Notes: a model not told the origin generated them from the letters alone. A DNA stretch of 64,000 bases from Eukaryota sp. GEM-RC1 (GCA_040285855.1 JAUFOQ010000001.1:3162001-3226000); one strand, 5' to 3'; positions 52,253-64,000 are shown, counted from the stretch's first letter. A program made the numbers and translations.

Positions 52253-54502
52253 TCAAACACTTTCCACTTTCCATTCATGATTTTGACCAAATATCATCAT
52301 TCCAAATACCAAATTACTAGGAATATCAATACTAAAAGTAGTTGTACAAGTAGAAGGTTTGAAGTAAGCAATACCATTAGAAAAACTAACAGTAATTGAT
52401 TCTCCTTTGGAAATTGAAGTGAACATTGGATCTGAAGGGGAGAAAGTTCCTGAACTGGAGTCACCTCTAGGACCAATACAAGGAAAAGGATAACTTTCAT
52501 CTTGAACGTGATCTCTTTCCTTCCAACCAATGTAATCATAGTTAGTTGTGTCAGCAGTATTTAGCCCTGTGAACTTAACGGAACAATTGTTTGGAATACT
52601 GACTTCTACAAAACTATTAACACAATCATTGTGCCCTTCCTTTTTACAAATAGTATTATTATTTGATAAGCATAGTTCGAAACCACAATTATCAGGATTG
52701 AATTTACCAATGCGAGCTTCTTTTTTAATTTTTTCATTTTCTTCAAACTTTTGAATCCAGGGTTGGATCCACTCCTTTAAATCTGACAACTGTTTCTTCA
52801 CTTCCTTTAGTTCCTGGTGATGTTGATTCAAAGTACTTAAAGACTGATTTAATAAGTTAGCTGTAAGAAAAGGGGCAAGGCGAGAATCAGTGGTCAACTT
52901 TGATAGAATATTTAAAATATCAATACTGTCCGTGCTGGATTGCAAATCTAGAGTAAGAATTTCGTCCTCAAAATTCTTTACTGTCCATAATTCTGTTTCT
53001 TTCCACGATTTTTCAAAAGAATTAATGAGAAATAGATCATAAGAAGAAGGAAGATTATTTTTTACATTTTTGAAAGTTTCAGGATTAAGATAAGGGCAAT
53101 TGGAATTCTTCGAAAGATCACTTGCTTCAATTATCAAGGAGAAATTCTGAACTAAAAAATCAATATCTGAAATTTTCCATCTCTTATGATTCAAACAACT
53201 CTGAGATAAACACCACAAAAACCATTCATCTGGTATGACGTTAACATTTTGAACCCCCTGAAAGACTTTCATTGACCAAATGGATAGAAATTGACAAAGG
53301 TAATCCTGATCAAATAGTGGTTGCATAATAGTATAAATTTTGGTAATATTTTGGTCATTTACCATCAATTTTTCAAATATTTGACTCAAAATATGGTAGT
53401 CTTCTTCAAAAACTTCATTGGTGATGGATAAAGTTAAACATTGTAACAACCAAGAACTATCAACTCTCTCAATTAAATGAACTATAAATGAAAGAGGTAA
53501 GGGGAATGGAGATGGTAGATCTTGGTCTTTCAATAATTCACTAAATAGATTTAGATTGCCTTGTAACATATTAAGCAGATTTCGTTCTGAAATAGTTTTC
53601 AATAAACGAAATATATCTCTAGTAGAAGAAAGAGATGAAACAAAGGAATTACACTTGTCCTTCAGGTTTTTTACTTGAAAATAGACCGATAATTGATAGA
53701 AATCAACGACATTGTTGAAGTCAAGATTGATCGCTTCACCAAGGAAATATTTAAAAAAGATCTCAAAATTTAATCCGGAAACACCACTAAACTCTTCACT
53801 GTAAGTAAACTTTCGTTCGTTAGAGTCAGCGAAACTTTGACAAAACAGATTTTTGAAATATTCAGAAGAACAAATCAACATCAAAGAGCTAATGGTTAGA
53901 GATTTATTCTTATAGGACAACATAACATCTCGCTCAACACTTGACCTGATAGTTTGTAAGACTTCTTCAGACTTCAATTGAAGATGACATGATTTGGAAA
54001 ATCCTTCGGACAAAGCCTTCTGGATGGATTCGTTCAAAGAGGAAAGATCAAGAGCAGAACAGATGGCTAGAACAGCACCAATGATTCCAAAAGTAAGTTG
54101 AAAGGATTGTCCATAAAAGTAATCAAGAATGTCGAAGAAGATATTGGCATCAGGAACAATAAACTCCAGTTGGGGGAAGCTTACTTCAGGATCGGAGCTG
54201 AGTAGCTTTTCTTTCAAAACTGGACTGAAGGAAGAGAGAAAAGAAGAATGACAAGGATAGGATTGGCCGTGGAACACGATAACCTTGTCAGTAAGAAACT
54301 CCTTTTGTTTGTTGTAGTAGAGTTGGGAAACGATGTCAACAGAATTGGAGGATAGTTCTTTATACTTACTCAAGGTTGGTTCATGTGGGACAATAGTAGG
54401 CGTTAGAGCTTCTGGTACAGAATTACTATGAGCAGGCACAAAGGATGATGCTCTTGATAGTATAGATTGAAATTTGGATGGTAATCGCGTTGGTCTGGGC
54501 AT
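52253..54502 (-). CDS. BTB-BTB / coiled-coil / SPRY-like protein (intact, 749 aa)
   Basis: Two BTB domains, helical region, coiled coil and C-terminal beta domain starting FNPDNCGFELCLSNNNT. Confidence 0.85.
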   Translation of the reverse strand: MPRPTRLPSKFQSILSRASSFVPAHSNSVPEALTPTIVPHEPTLSKYKELSSNSVDIVSQLYYNKQKEFLTDKVIVFHGQSYPCHSSFLSSFSPVLKEKLLSSDPEVSFPQLEFIVPDANIFFDILDYFYGQSFQLTFGIIGAVLAICSALDLSSLNESIQKALSEGFSKSCHLQLKSEEVLQTIRSSVERDVMLSYKNKSLTISSLMLICSSEYFKNLFCQSFADSNERKFTYSEEFSGVSGLNFEIFFKYFLGEAINLDFNNVVDFYQLSVYFQVKNLKDKCNSFVSSLSSTRDIFRLLKTISERNLLNMLQGNLNLFSELLKDQDLPSPFPLPLSFIVHLIERVDSSWLLQCLTLSITNEVFEEDYHILSQIFEKLMVNDQNITKIYTIMQPLFDQDYLCQFLSIWSMKVFQGVQNVNVIPDEWFLWCLSQSCLNHKRWKISDIDFLVQNFSLIIEASDLSKNSNCPYLNPETFKNVKNNLPSSYDLFLINSFEKSWKETELWTVKNFEDEILTLDLQSSTDSIDILNILSKLTTDSRLAPFLTANLLNQSLSTLNQHHQELKEVKKQLSDLKEWIQPWIQKFEENEKIKKEARIGKFNPDNCGFELCLSNNNTICKKEGHNDCVNSFVEVSIPNNCSVKFTGLNTADTTNYDYIGWKERDHVQDESYPFPCIGPRGDSSSGTFSPSDPMFTSISKGESITVSFSNGIAYFKPSTCTTTFSIDIPSNLVFGMMIFGQNHEWKVESV

Positions 54503-54565
54503 AGGTATGAAGAATTTTAAATTTAAAGTGTTCTGTTAAGCTGATTATTAAAAGATGGCACTACT

Positions 54566-55063
54566 CACTCTTCACAACAATCAGTCTGAATCAGACTCAT
54601 TATGAATGTCCATTTAAATAGTACCAAACAATAATTACTCTAATTCAGAGTAATTAGTGACTGGGAAAATTAGTCTGAACAAATATCTCAAACACAAAAG
54701 TTATCTTGATCATCAAATCATGTTATGTCTTCATAAATGTTATGTTGTACCTCAGGATCGTTTTTGACACGTTATATAGTGGTTTTAGATCAATAGGCAT
54801 TAGAAACAGGTCTCATAAGCTGTAGAAATTTATCTTCGAAATTGATGAGTGACCGGATTGTCTTTCAAGCAAGGGCCAGTAGTGGATGACACGGTTTGCA
54901 TATGTCAATTCAACCAAAGTGTCTAGGAAGAAAAGTGAAATAAAGAGATGTAGAACACAATTTCAATTTGATTGAAACAATATTGAATGCACCTAAAGTG
55001 ATCAAACAATAATTAGTCTGATTCAGACGAATTATGAATTCAGACTAATTGTTGTGAAGAGTG
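54566..55063. mobile_element. MITE with TIR CACTCTTCACAACAAT and AGTCTG motifs, related to 6089-6479
   Basis: TIRs of about 25 bp; TA on the right side; absent from the homologous upstream region of the paralogue at 62242-62330. Confidence 0.8.
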
Positions 55064-55225
55064 TAGTAGCACGCAGAGGTGTGAAAACAATACTGCAATA
55101 AATATCTAGTAATATTAAAATTCTTGTTTCTACTTCGTAAAACAGTGACCCTTCTAAACTGTACAGATTCAGGGATAGAACCAAAATGCACTCCAATGCT
55201 TCAGAAACTTAATGGTAGATGCAAG

Positions 55226-55938
55226 CAGTGATGTTAAAAAATAGTGGACGTAAATACGGTACCTTTTCAAGTTTGCCGTAAATTATTTCCGTATTTTTAC
55301 AGTTACCGTATTTTACGGCAAGTGTGAAACAAAGTGAGAATACGCGAAATACGGAAAATTATTTTTATGATTGAAACTACAAAAACTAAAAGCAAATACC
55401 GATCAAAACCGCGATCCATCACTAATCAGAATCAGTAAGTTAATATTCCCTGAATGACTTGCATGCAGAACCGTTTCAACAGTGTTCAGCAGTTTCTATG
55501 TAGCGAAGAAAAAGTTAACGTCTTAAAAGTCTCCACTTCAAACGTTGACGATGATCAACATCGTACGGTTTTTCAACTTGTCTTAGCAGGATTATCACAT
55601 TTGATTAATAAAAACACTAATGCTGTACCAGCTTCTAAGTATTTCAGCTCTTGACATGTATCCGACCCAGTCAATTCTCTTCTTGTAAATACTAGGGCAA
55701 CATAGAATGGCGCAGCTGTTACAGAAGTGATCAAAATGATCAAGAATGCTTTGATGTTTCGATTTACGGGGTATACAAATTGAGTATTTTATATTCTCAC
55801 TACGGAAAGATTTGCCGTAAATAATTTCCGTATTTTTACAGTTACCGTATTTTACGGATACCAAAGATAGTGCCGTACCGTATTTTACGGTAGGGTACAG
55901 CAAATAGTGTACGGTACGCTATTTTATGTACGTCACGG
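55226..55938. mobile_element. hAT-type MITE, TSD GATGCAAG
   Basis: Perfect 8-bp TSD at 55218-25 and 55939-46; imperfect TIRs; CCGTA/TACGG subterminal arrays. Confidence 0.85.
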
Positions 55939-56549
55939 GATGCAAGTTCTTTACAATTTTGTCAAAATTATTAAGATGTAGTATATAAACGGCCTCATTG
56001 GACTACCAATATTTTCTTTTGGCACTAAATGATGTAACAGTTACAACTTGACAAATGACAAAGATATATACTAATGAGTGTTTATTCTGTAACCAAATAA
56101 GGTAACATGCCTACACCAATAAGAATTTGTTATATACAAACAGATAATAACAAGACTATCCCCAGACGACTTCTTCCCACTCTGGTAATAGATTACGTTT
56201 TCCAAATTTCCCCTTCACACAAATTTTGTAAAGTTTCTCAATCTATCGAGAGAACTATAATGGCATACTACGATAAATGGATCACATATAATACGGTTTT
56301 CCCATTCAGCCATGCCAAACTTACGCATCGTAAATTAAGTTTCTTTTCTTTACACCGATCTTCAAACTATTATCTGGAAATAGTATTTTTAAATCCATCC
56401 TAGTTCATATTTTCAGCTGTTTTATGAAACATCATCAAATGGCATCTCAAAACAATTAGGACATAAACCACCGTCTTGGATTACATGCATGTACTGAAAA
56501 ATTCTAAAAACCTTGTTAGTTTATAAGAACATTAAAAGCGTTGAACCAG

Positions 56550-59274
56550 CTACACTAAACTCCATGAAGACGATGCATCTACTCTTTTGTAATGACCAGC
56601 GCCTTTTCCTGCATTGTTATAAACGGTCCAAAAATCTCCAAAAAAGGAATCAGTATATATGGAAACAGCCGGGCCAATCTTTACCGACACCAACGGCTCA
56701 TTATCGGCAAAACTATTGTCTCCAATGAAGTGCAGAACGTTGGGGAATTCAACAGCTTCAAGTTCGTTAAACTGAAAGGCAGAATGTCCTATAACTCCAA
56801 CACTAGAGCCAAATATCACATTGGTGAGGGCATTATGCATAAAGGCACGATCATTGATCTCAGTAACACTATCAGGAATTTGAACAGACGTTAACATGTT
56901 ATTTGCGAATGAAGAAATTCTAATTCTCTGGAGGTTTTCCGGAAGAGTAATCGAAGTGAACTTATTTTGATTAAAAGCACTAGATCCGATAATTACTACA
57001 CTTGAAGGGAAAACGATTTCAGTCAATTCATTAGCTGCAAAAGCCCTATTACCAATGGAGGTGATACTTTCAGGCAATGAAATCTCTGTCAATTTGTTAT
57101 TATCGAATGCGGAGCCTGGAATTGAAGTCAAAGGTCCGATAAAACAACAGATTCCAACTGATTGTTTTCGAATGATCTGTCCCCCATGGAAGACACAGAA
57201 TTAGGAATAATAATGGAGGACAAGAGATTATCACCGAACGCTCTTGAACCAATGGTAGTTAGAGTAGCTGGAAGATCAAGATGTACCAACTTATTTTCAG
57301 CAAAAACATTATCCGAAATGTGATTTAAGTTAACTGGGAATTGAATATAAGCGATGAGATTACGTTGAAAAACCGCAGTCTCAATGGTTGTGATCAAGTC
57401 ATGGAGAACAATTGATTCTAACTTGTTGTCAAAAAGGCTTGATGTTCCAGAGAGACAACATTGTCTGGAATAACGATACTTGAGAGTGCATTTTCCATGA
57501 AAGCACGTGCAGGAATAAAGGTAACACCACCAGGAATTACCAATGTCTCAATGTCGTTCATTTGAAAAGCTCCTTCTCCAATGTGTACTAAGTTTGTAGA
57601 CAGCGTTACACTGGCAATGTTGTTTTGCTTGAATGCTTCGGCCTCTATGATTTGAATAGTATCTGAAAAAACCACAGAAAGGATTCTCTTGTCGAAAAAA
57701 GCAGACTCACCAATGACAGTGATGACGTCACCATTAACACTGGGAGGAATGATGACGTGTAGACCCGCAGAAGTGTTGTAGCTAAATATAGTGCCATTGC
57801 CAAAAGTAAAACCATGTCTAGACATAGCCACTGATTCAGTTTTAGAGTGAGTCAATTGGACAGTAATACTGAGGTCTAGATAATCAGAATGCATTAGCAA
57901 TAATTCAATATCACCTGGACTCAAATCGGAAAATAGAACACGACCTTGCTCATCAGCCTCAACAATCAAATCTTGATTGATGAGCTTTACACGTGGAATG
58001 GACACTGGCTCATCGTTGGCAGCGTCATAGATGTAAAGTTCCAATGAAACCAATGAGGGAGAAGATGATCGTAGAAGGAAGAAGAGAAGAAGAGAAGCTG
58101 CAATGACAAGGAGGATGCAAGAAATGGCAATGGTGATGTTCCGTTTGGTACCAAACAAGTTGATGTTGTTCTTCACTTTGGTAACCCATGTAGCTCTAGA
58201 TTCTTCTTGGGACTCAGAAGTTTCTACAGATATCAAAACATCATCGGTGTTTTCCTGCATTATTTCATGGTTCAAACTTGAGATGAACGTATCCAATTTG
58301 ACAGTAGAAGTTCCCGAATTTGGGGCCAATTGTTGAAGAGCAGGGTTTTGGTCAAATACGTGTTCATAAGCAACAAAGTATTTGCTAGAAGAATCAATGG
58401 TAATGGCAGGTTGATGAAGAGAAGTAATTAGCACAGCACTGACTTTGAGAGAAACAATGTCTTTTGTAAATTTTTGGGAGAATTTCTGTTCGACAAGCGA
58501 GAGTTGTCCCCAAGGATCTTGAGGAATGTCATGGCCCAAGGAGAGGAGATGTTTACGATATGCTTGGATCAACTCTTTCACTTTTCCAGCATCATGAAGA
58601 GATTTCGTGGTGTCTAAACCGATATCTTTGGCAACAGAACACAAGTCCTGACAAGAAATATCCAACACTGTACATGCAAAGGTCTCAATGAATAGGCGAT
58701 AGCATTGATAGACGCTAAATGAATCAGTGATATCTGCTAGTTTTTCAACAGCTTCATCATTCAGACCAATGTTGAGAACTATGGTGAGTGCCAAGTGCAG
58801 AGCTAAACAAACCAATTGCGTGGATGTCTTCCTCATTATTATTGGTCAAAATATCAAGTCCTTGTTCGACAGTGAGGCAGAGAGGTTTCTCAGAGGAACC
58901 AAACATCAAGTTTGTGGTCTTTTCAAGGTTCTTAATGAGTTTTACTAAATCATGATTTCTGTTGGCTGATGAAGAGCTGTTCAATGACAAGGATTGATTC
59001 TGTAATGAAAGAACGCGAAGCGTGACATACTGGTAGTTCGTAGCTGAAACCAGGAGCCTGTAGATTGTTTGGCAGGCTCATATACAATGAAGATGGTGAT
59101 GGGAAATGATGTTTCCACAAATTCTTCCATGTGATCTCTGATCTTGACTCTGTAAGCCTCGTATAGATCAAAAATAGGAAGGATAGGAAGGTCTATATGA
59201 AGACGTCTCTGAGTATATGATGTGGAAGGTATCGTTCCCAACCTACTACCTTGGAAATTGAACACGTGATCCAT
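56550..59274 (-). CDS. Membrane protein: degenerate PPDK N-domain, TM helix, carboxypeptidase-regulatory-like domain, BspA (TpLRR) repeats; introns 59000-59030 and 58779-58812
   Basis: The spliced product contains APGF...LEKTTNLMFGSSEKPL...VLNIGLNDEAVEKLA...YQCYRLFIETF...IPQDPWGQL (PPDK-like), TM ITIAISCILLVIAASLLLFFLL, and many L..I.IP.SV..IG..AF..N repeats. Two T-run frameshifts (near 57433 and 57131); the exact 5' structure is uncertain. Confidence 0.75.
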
Positions 59275-60043
59275 CTTAACTGACGTTGAAGAAACTTTCC
59301 CACCACCACTTTCCTTGTTCTTTCACCTCTCCTTTCAATACATATGTGATGACGAGACCTTCTGGTCTGTGCTTTTCTTCACACGTACTGTTATAACTGT
59401 TCACATTTAGTGTCGTTTTTCTCTCTGTTTCAAACAGAATAGTCAACTATTCTATGGTTGACTTAACTAAGTCACATCATCCTCCATCAAATTTCATACA
59501 GTTGTTGTTACTCCTTCCTATGCTGTTGCTTCCATCGGTTTCTTAATTCATCCATGTCTGCATCTTGCATATCCTTCGTACAGATATGACGTTTCTACTC
59601 CTATTTTCATTGATGTTGTTCTGCTAAGCCCGTACTCTTTCCTTCTTTCTCTGTCAACCATTCTGCATAGATAGTACATGCTTACGGATTAAAAGCGCAC
59701 AGTTGCTTGTTACAAGTGCAGTCAATACTCATGGTTTTTGGTTCATGTAATCATTACCAAATGGTACCCATTTGTTTGGTGTATGTTATATTATATATTC
59801 TGTTATGCTCTGTTTTATAAACAACTGTTCTGCTTCTGTTAGAGCTCTTCCAATGAGTTAAGACCGCCAGTGTTTTGAAACAAGCACTAAATTGAAGGAA
59901 TCCATTGCTAATGGCAATAGAATCATTACTAACTGAAGGTAACAGTCAACACTATTATTGTTTGATATAAATAAACAACGTACTCGATTTATAGCATTAA
60001 CTGATTCCAAATAAGCGAGTACGTTTGATCTACAAGGTTTGAA

Positions 60044-62241
60044 TCAAACACATTCCACTTTCCATTCATGATTTTGACCAAAAACTGTCATTCCAAAAAC
60101 CAAATTACTAGGAATATCAATACTAAAAGTAGTTGTACAAGTAGAAGGTTGAAAGTGTGCTTTACCATTAGAAAAACTAACAGTAATTGATTCACCTCTG
60201 GTAATTGGAGGGAAACTTGGATTTGAAGGGGAGAAAGTTCCTCTACTGAAGTCACCTCTAGAACAAATACAAAGACTCGGTTCAGATTCATCTTGAAGTC
60301 TATTTCTGTCTTTCCAACCAATACAGTCGGTGATATCATCACAATGATGATCATCTAACCTTGTAAAATTAACAGAACAATTGTCTGAATGTTTTACTAC
60401 CACAAAACTAGCTTCATCGCCTTCAATTCCATTCTTTTTAACAACAGTATTGTTATTGGATACGACAAGTTGTGATCCACAAGTAATATAATCAAAAGTA
60501 CCAATAATTGTTTCAATTCGTCTGTCAATCTCTTCAGGTTTCTCAATGAATATCATTACAGATTGTCTTAGGGGATCTATTTCATTGTTGGGAGTCAACA
60601 CGTCTTCTGATTCTTGGTGGTGAATCGATGCACCTGCATAGTTATCCACTAAGTGTGTAGCATGGAAAGAGTCATGTGGTTCATCATCAATCAATTTTGA
60701 TAGATTCTCCAGAAAAGAATAGTGTCGGCAAGGGAACCAAAATTAAGGTTCAATAGCAAATCTTCAAACTGGGGTACCGACCATAAATCAGTTTCCCTCC
60801 ATGACTTGAGAAGGCAATTGCACAGAAAAGTATCATACAAAGGAGGAAGAACATTTTTTAAATTTGTAAACACTTGAGGGGTGAGATAAGGATAATTGGT
60901 CACCTCCACTATGTCATTTGAGTCCATTATTACAGCAAAATTCTCAACAAAAAAATCATTATTTACAAATTTCCCTCCCCATTGATTGTAACTGTTTATA
61001 GATAAGCTCCATAAAAACCACTCATCAGGAATACAACGAACATTTTTGATCCTCATAAAGACATCCATTGACCAAGAGAATAGCAATTCATGAATGATGT
61101 TTTGATTGAACAAAGGAAGCAAATGTTGGTGTTTCTGTTGTATATTTTGATCTGTAACTACAATTCTTTCAAAAATTTCACTCAAACTGTGGTAGTCTTC
61201 TTCAACATCTTGGTGGCTGATAGACACACTCAAACATTGTAACACCCATGAAGGTCTGACCACACTCAATAGAAAAGAAATAAATGAAAGAGGTAAAGGG
61301 AAGGGAGATCTTAGAACTCGGACGTTGTTTAATTTTTCAATAATTTGGTAATTCCGGACCAAAATTAGTAGAGCATCTCGTTCTGCAATAGTTTTCAAAA
61401 GACAAAGTATATCTCTGGCAGACATAAGAGAAGAGACAAACGAATCACACGTTTTCTTTAGGTTCTTAACAACAAAGTACACTGACAATTGATAGAAATC
61501 AATGACATTATTGATATCAAGATTGAATGATTCACCAATGAAGTAATTGAAAAAGATTTCAAAATTTGAGTACGAAACACCAGAAAACTGATCCTTGAAA
61601 GAAAATTTTCGGTCATTTGAGTCTGCAAAATTCAAACAGAACAGATTTTTAAAAAATTCAGAAGAACATATCAACACCAAAGAGCTAATTGTAAGAGATT
61701 TATCATTGTAGGATATCATAACATCTCGTTGAACAGTTGATTTGATAGTTTGTAAGACATCATCAGACTTCAACTGAAGATGACGTGATTTGGAGAAGCC
61801 TTTTGACATAATATTGTGGATGGAGTCTGACAAAGAGGAAAGGTCAAGAGCAGAGCATAAGGAAAGAACATTAGTCATGTTATCAAAAGTAAGTTGAAAG
61901 GGTTGTCCATAACAGTAGTCTAGGATTTGGAAGACGAGATCGGCATCGGGAACAATAAACTCTAGTTGGGGGAAGTTTACTTCAGGATCGGAGCTGAGTA
62001 GCTTTTCTTTAAAGACTGGACTGAAGGAAGAGAGAAAAGAAGAATGACAAGGATAGGATTGACCGTGGAAGACGATGGCCTTGTCAGTGAGAAACTGCTT
62101 CTGTTTGTTGAGAAAGAGTTGAGATACGATATCAGCAGAATTGGAGGGTACCTCGCTGTGCTTGCACGAGGTAGACCTTGAAGCTTCATGTACAGAATTA
62201 TCATGAGCAAGCACAAAAGAGGAAACATTTGGTCGGGACAT
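60044..62241 (-). CDS. BTB-BTB / SPRY-like protein; 1-nt frameshift near 60714
   Basis: Paralogue of 52253-54502; adding one T gives ILFLENLSKLIDD and joins the two ORFs. Confidence 0.8.
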
Positions 62242-63578
62242 TGGAAGAACTGAAATTTAAAATATTCAGCAGTCAGTACGAAAAGAGGGCACGTGTTCCT
62301 GATTTTTATTAAAATTCTTGTTTCTACTCCGACCAACAGCAGTCAACCTAAATTGAGCTGGAAACTTCAAACACAAATTCTTTACACCTACTAAATAGAT
62401 CAGATTTTCGTTGAGCTGTCAACAGCTTAGCCATATGAGTAAGTCAAGCCAAATTTGGATATGACTTGAGCCGAGTCGTTTGGCAGCTCTATATATGTAC
62501 ACCAATTTACCCTTATTGTCTGGTTGAAATATCAATTATAGAACATTCACTTTATTAATCTACTTTCTTCATCATCACCAACTTCGATCTTTAGGGTTTT
62601 CATTTCCAGTAAAACTTGCTCCAAACTATAACTTAATCATCTCTCATCTAGGATCTAATGCTCAGTATTGCTCGCAAGAACTCAGTGTAGAGCATATTTC
62701 GCCTTTTGTTGCAATATAATATGCTTTTATTAGGGCTTTAATTGTTTGACGGTCAACCTGCTAAGAGGCAACAAATCCAATCGTTGTAACAAGGTATAAC
62801 TGCCAGTTAGTGAATATCAGAAGGGTAAACTCTATTGTTATTGTTTTGATTCTTTTGCTGTATCATTGAGGTGTAAGTAGAGATCACCTATTTATTGAAA
62901 AAAATTGTTTTCTATTCCAATAATGACCAGTGGCAAAGATAGTGAGTTCTGTAAGTGTTCCAAGAGCGCCACCGCTTTAGTTTTTTTCTTAATTGTAATA
63001 GTTTGGAAAAGGATAACTAACAATTTGACTTGACAGTAGAGTTATTTCCTTTTCACAAATCCATTCATAACTCACATGATGTTCTGATAAATTGTTAAAT
63101 ATTTCATAAAAGTGGATCGTACTCATGAATTCAATTACAATATTCAAAAGATACAGCATTGTCTCCGTGTTCCTGTAATCACTATTCATTACTAGTATTT
63201 GTAAGTACATTTTTGTGTCAGAAGAATTACTCACTTCAAGATCAATAAACATAAGAAGGTTAGAAAGGACTGTTCAATGACTAAAGCAGAGTCGAAACGA
63301 CATGACTAAATCGCATGTGCCAACAAGTAGATGATAAATCAAACGACTTGACAGTTAAATCGAATCTACTTTAGCTCTGCTTGGATGACCCCAAATCGAC
63401 TTAAAGTCGAGTAAATTAACAGTCCTAATTGTTACACATGTGATAGACTCGACTCAGACTGTAAATTGAAATCAATTTGCAATGACAGAATCAGTGATAA
63501 AGACTTTTTGAATGGTGTTTATCTTCATTTAGTCAGTAAACTTTGATCAAGATTGGAGTCTGGATTGTTCTTCTGTTA

Positions 63579-64000
63579 ATGCATCAATTATTCTATGTTT
63601 GTTTGCTCATCCTCCTAGTTGTTGGTGATGTGCAGCTCCATAATGGATGTCCGCCTCCACTATCATATGCTTCAGAATCACTTTCTGCCAGTTCAAACGA
63701 AATTCATCAGCTAATCGCTAGTGTCAGCCACAAGTCTGTTCTGCAACAGTTTCCTGGTCTAGTTGTTGGTCATCCAGTTCCCGAACCCTCTTCTTCTTCT
63801 CTTTCTTACCATTATCTTGTATTTACCGCAAATTCTTCTACCTATGATGCTCTCATTTCTTCTGAAATACCTATTTATATATATACACCTCGGTTCAAAA
63901 TCTGTGAAAATCTGAAGAGGGATTCAATCTACCCCCTCACTATTCTGCTCCAACTAGTACCTGCTTCTATTCTCCAAACCACCAATCTCTCTCCATCGGA
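63579..64000 (+). CDS. Secreted or membrane protein, runs off the window end
   Basis: Open frame from ATG 63579 to the end of the window; begins with signal-peptide-like MHQLFYVCLLILLVVG. Confidence 0.5.
   Translation, partial: MHQLFYVCLLILLVVGDVQLHNGCPPPLSYASESLSASSNEIHQLIASVSHKSVLQQFPGLVVGHPVPEPSSSSLSYHYLVFTANSSTYDALISSEIPIYIYTPRFKICENLKRDSIYPLTILLQLVPASILQTTNLSPS

Noticed and set aside
3273..62241. Alternative genetic code (stop reassignment) as the cause of split genes
   Set aside because: Breaks change reading frame rather than being isolated in-frame stops, and intact genes end normally at TAA, TAG or TGA.
63265..63460. Possible MITE with AGTCG/CGACT motifs
   Set aside because: Only a short imperfect inverted repeat and no TSD.

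Overview
AT-rich nuclear DNA from a compact eukaryotic genome. It is inferred to be an anaerobic flagellated protist, probably a metamonad, from very short 28-53 nt GT-AG introns, CFAP69- and WDR90-like genes, BspA-type LRRs and a PPDK-derived domain. Small housekeeping islands, often head-to-head pairs (RRP36/TBCEL, WDR90/NPSN-SNARE, SR-protein/CFAP69, plus 14-3-3 and a Pho80-type cyclin), alternate with expanded accessory families and transposon debris. The debris includes hAT MITEs with 8-bp TSDs, a deleted MULE with a 10-bp TSD, and pogo, Tc1, integrase and non-LTR remnants. Main discoveries: (1) a tandem family of histone-H3-derived chimeras with an H3-like N-tail, a C3HC4 RING, an acidic linker and an H3 histone fold, whose 5' cassette is shared with BTB-BTB-SPRY-like genes; (2) a predicted type II membrane protein joining a degenerate pyruvate-phosphate-dikinase N-terminal domain to a TM helix, a carboxypeptidase-regulatory-like domain and BspA LRRs; (3) a tandem array of proteins built from repeated, apparently catalytically dead DEDDy exonuclease folds. 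Many genes are split by 1-nt indels in homopolymers, most likely long-read consensus errors. All family calls are by-eye motif recognition, not database searches.
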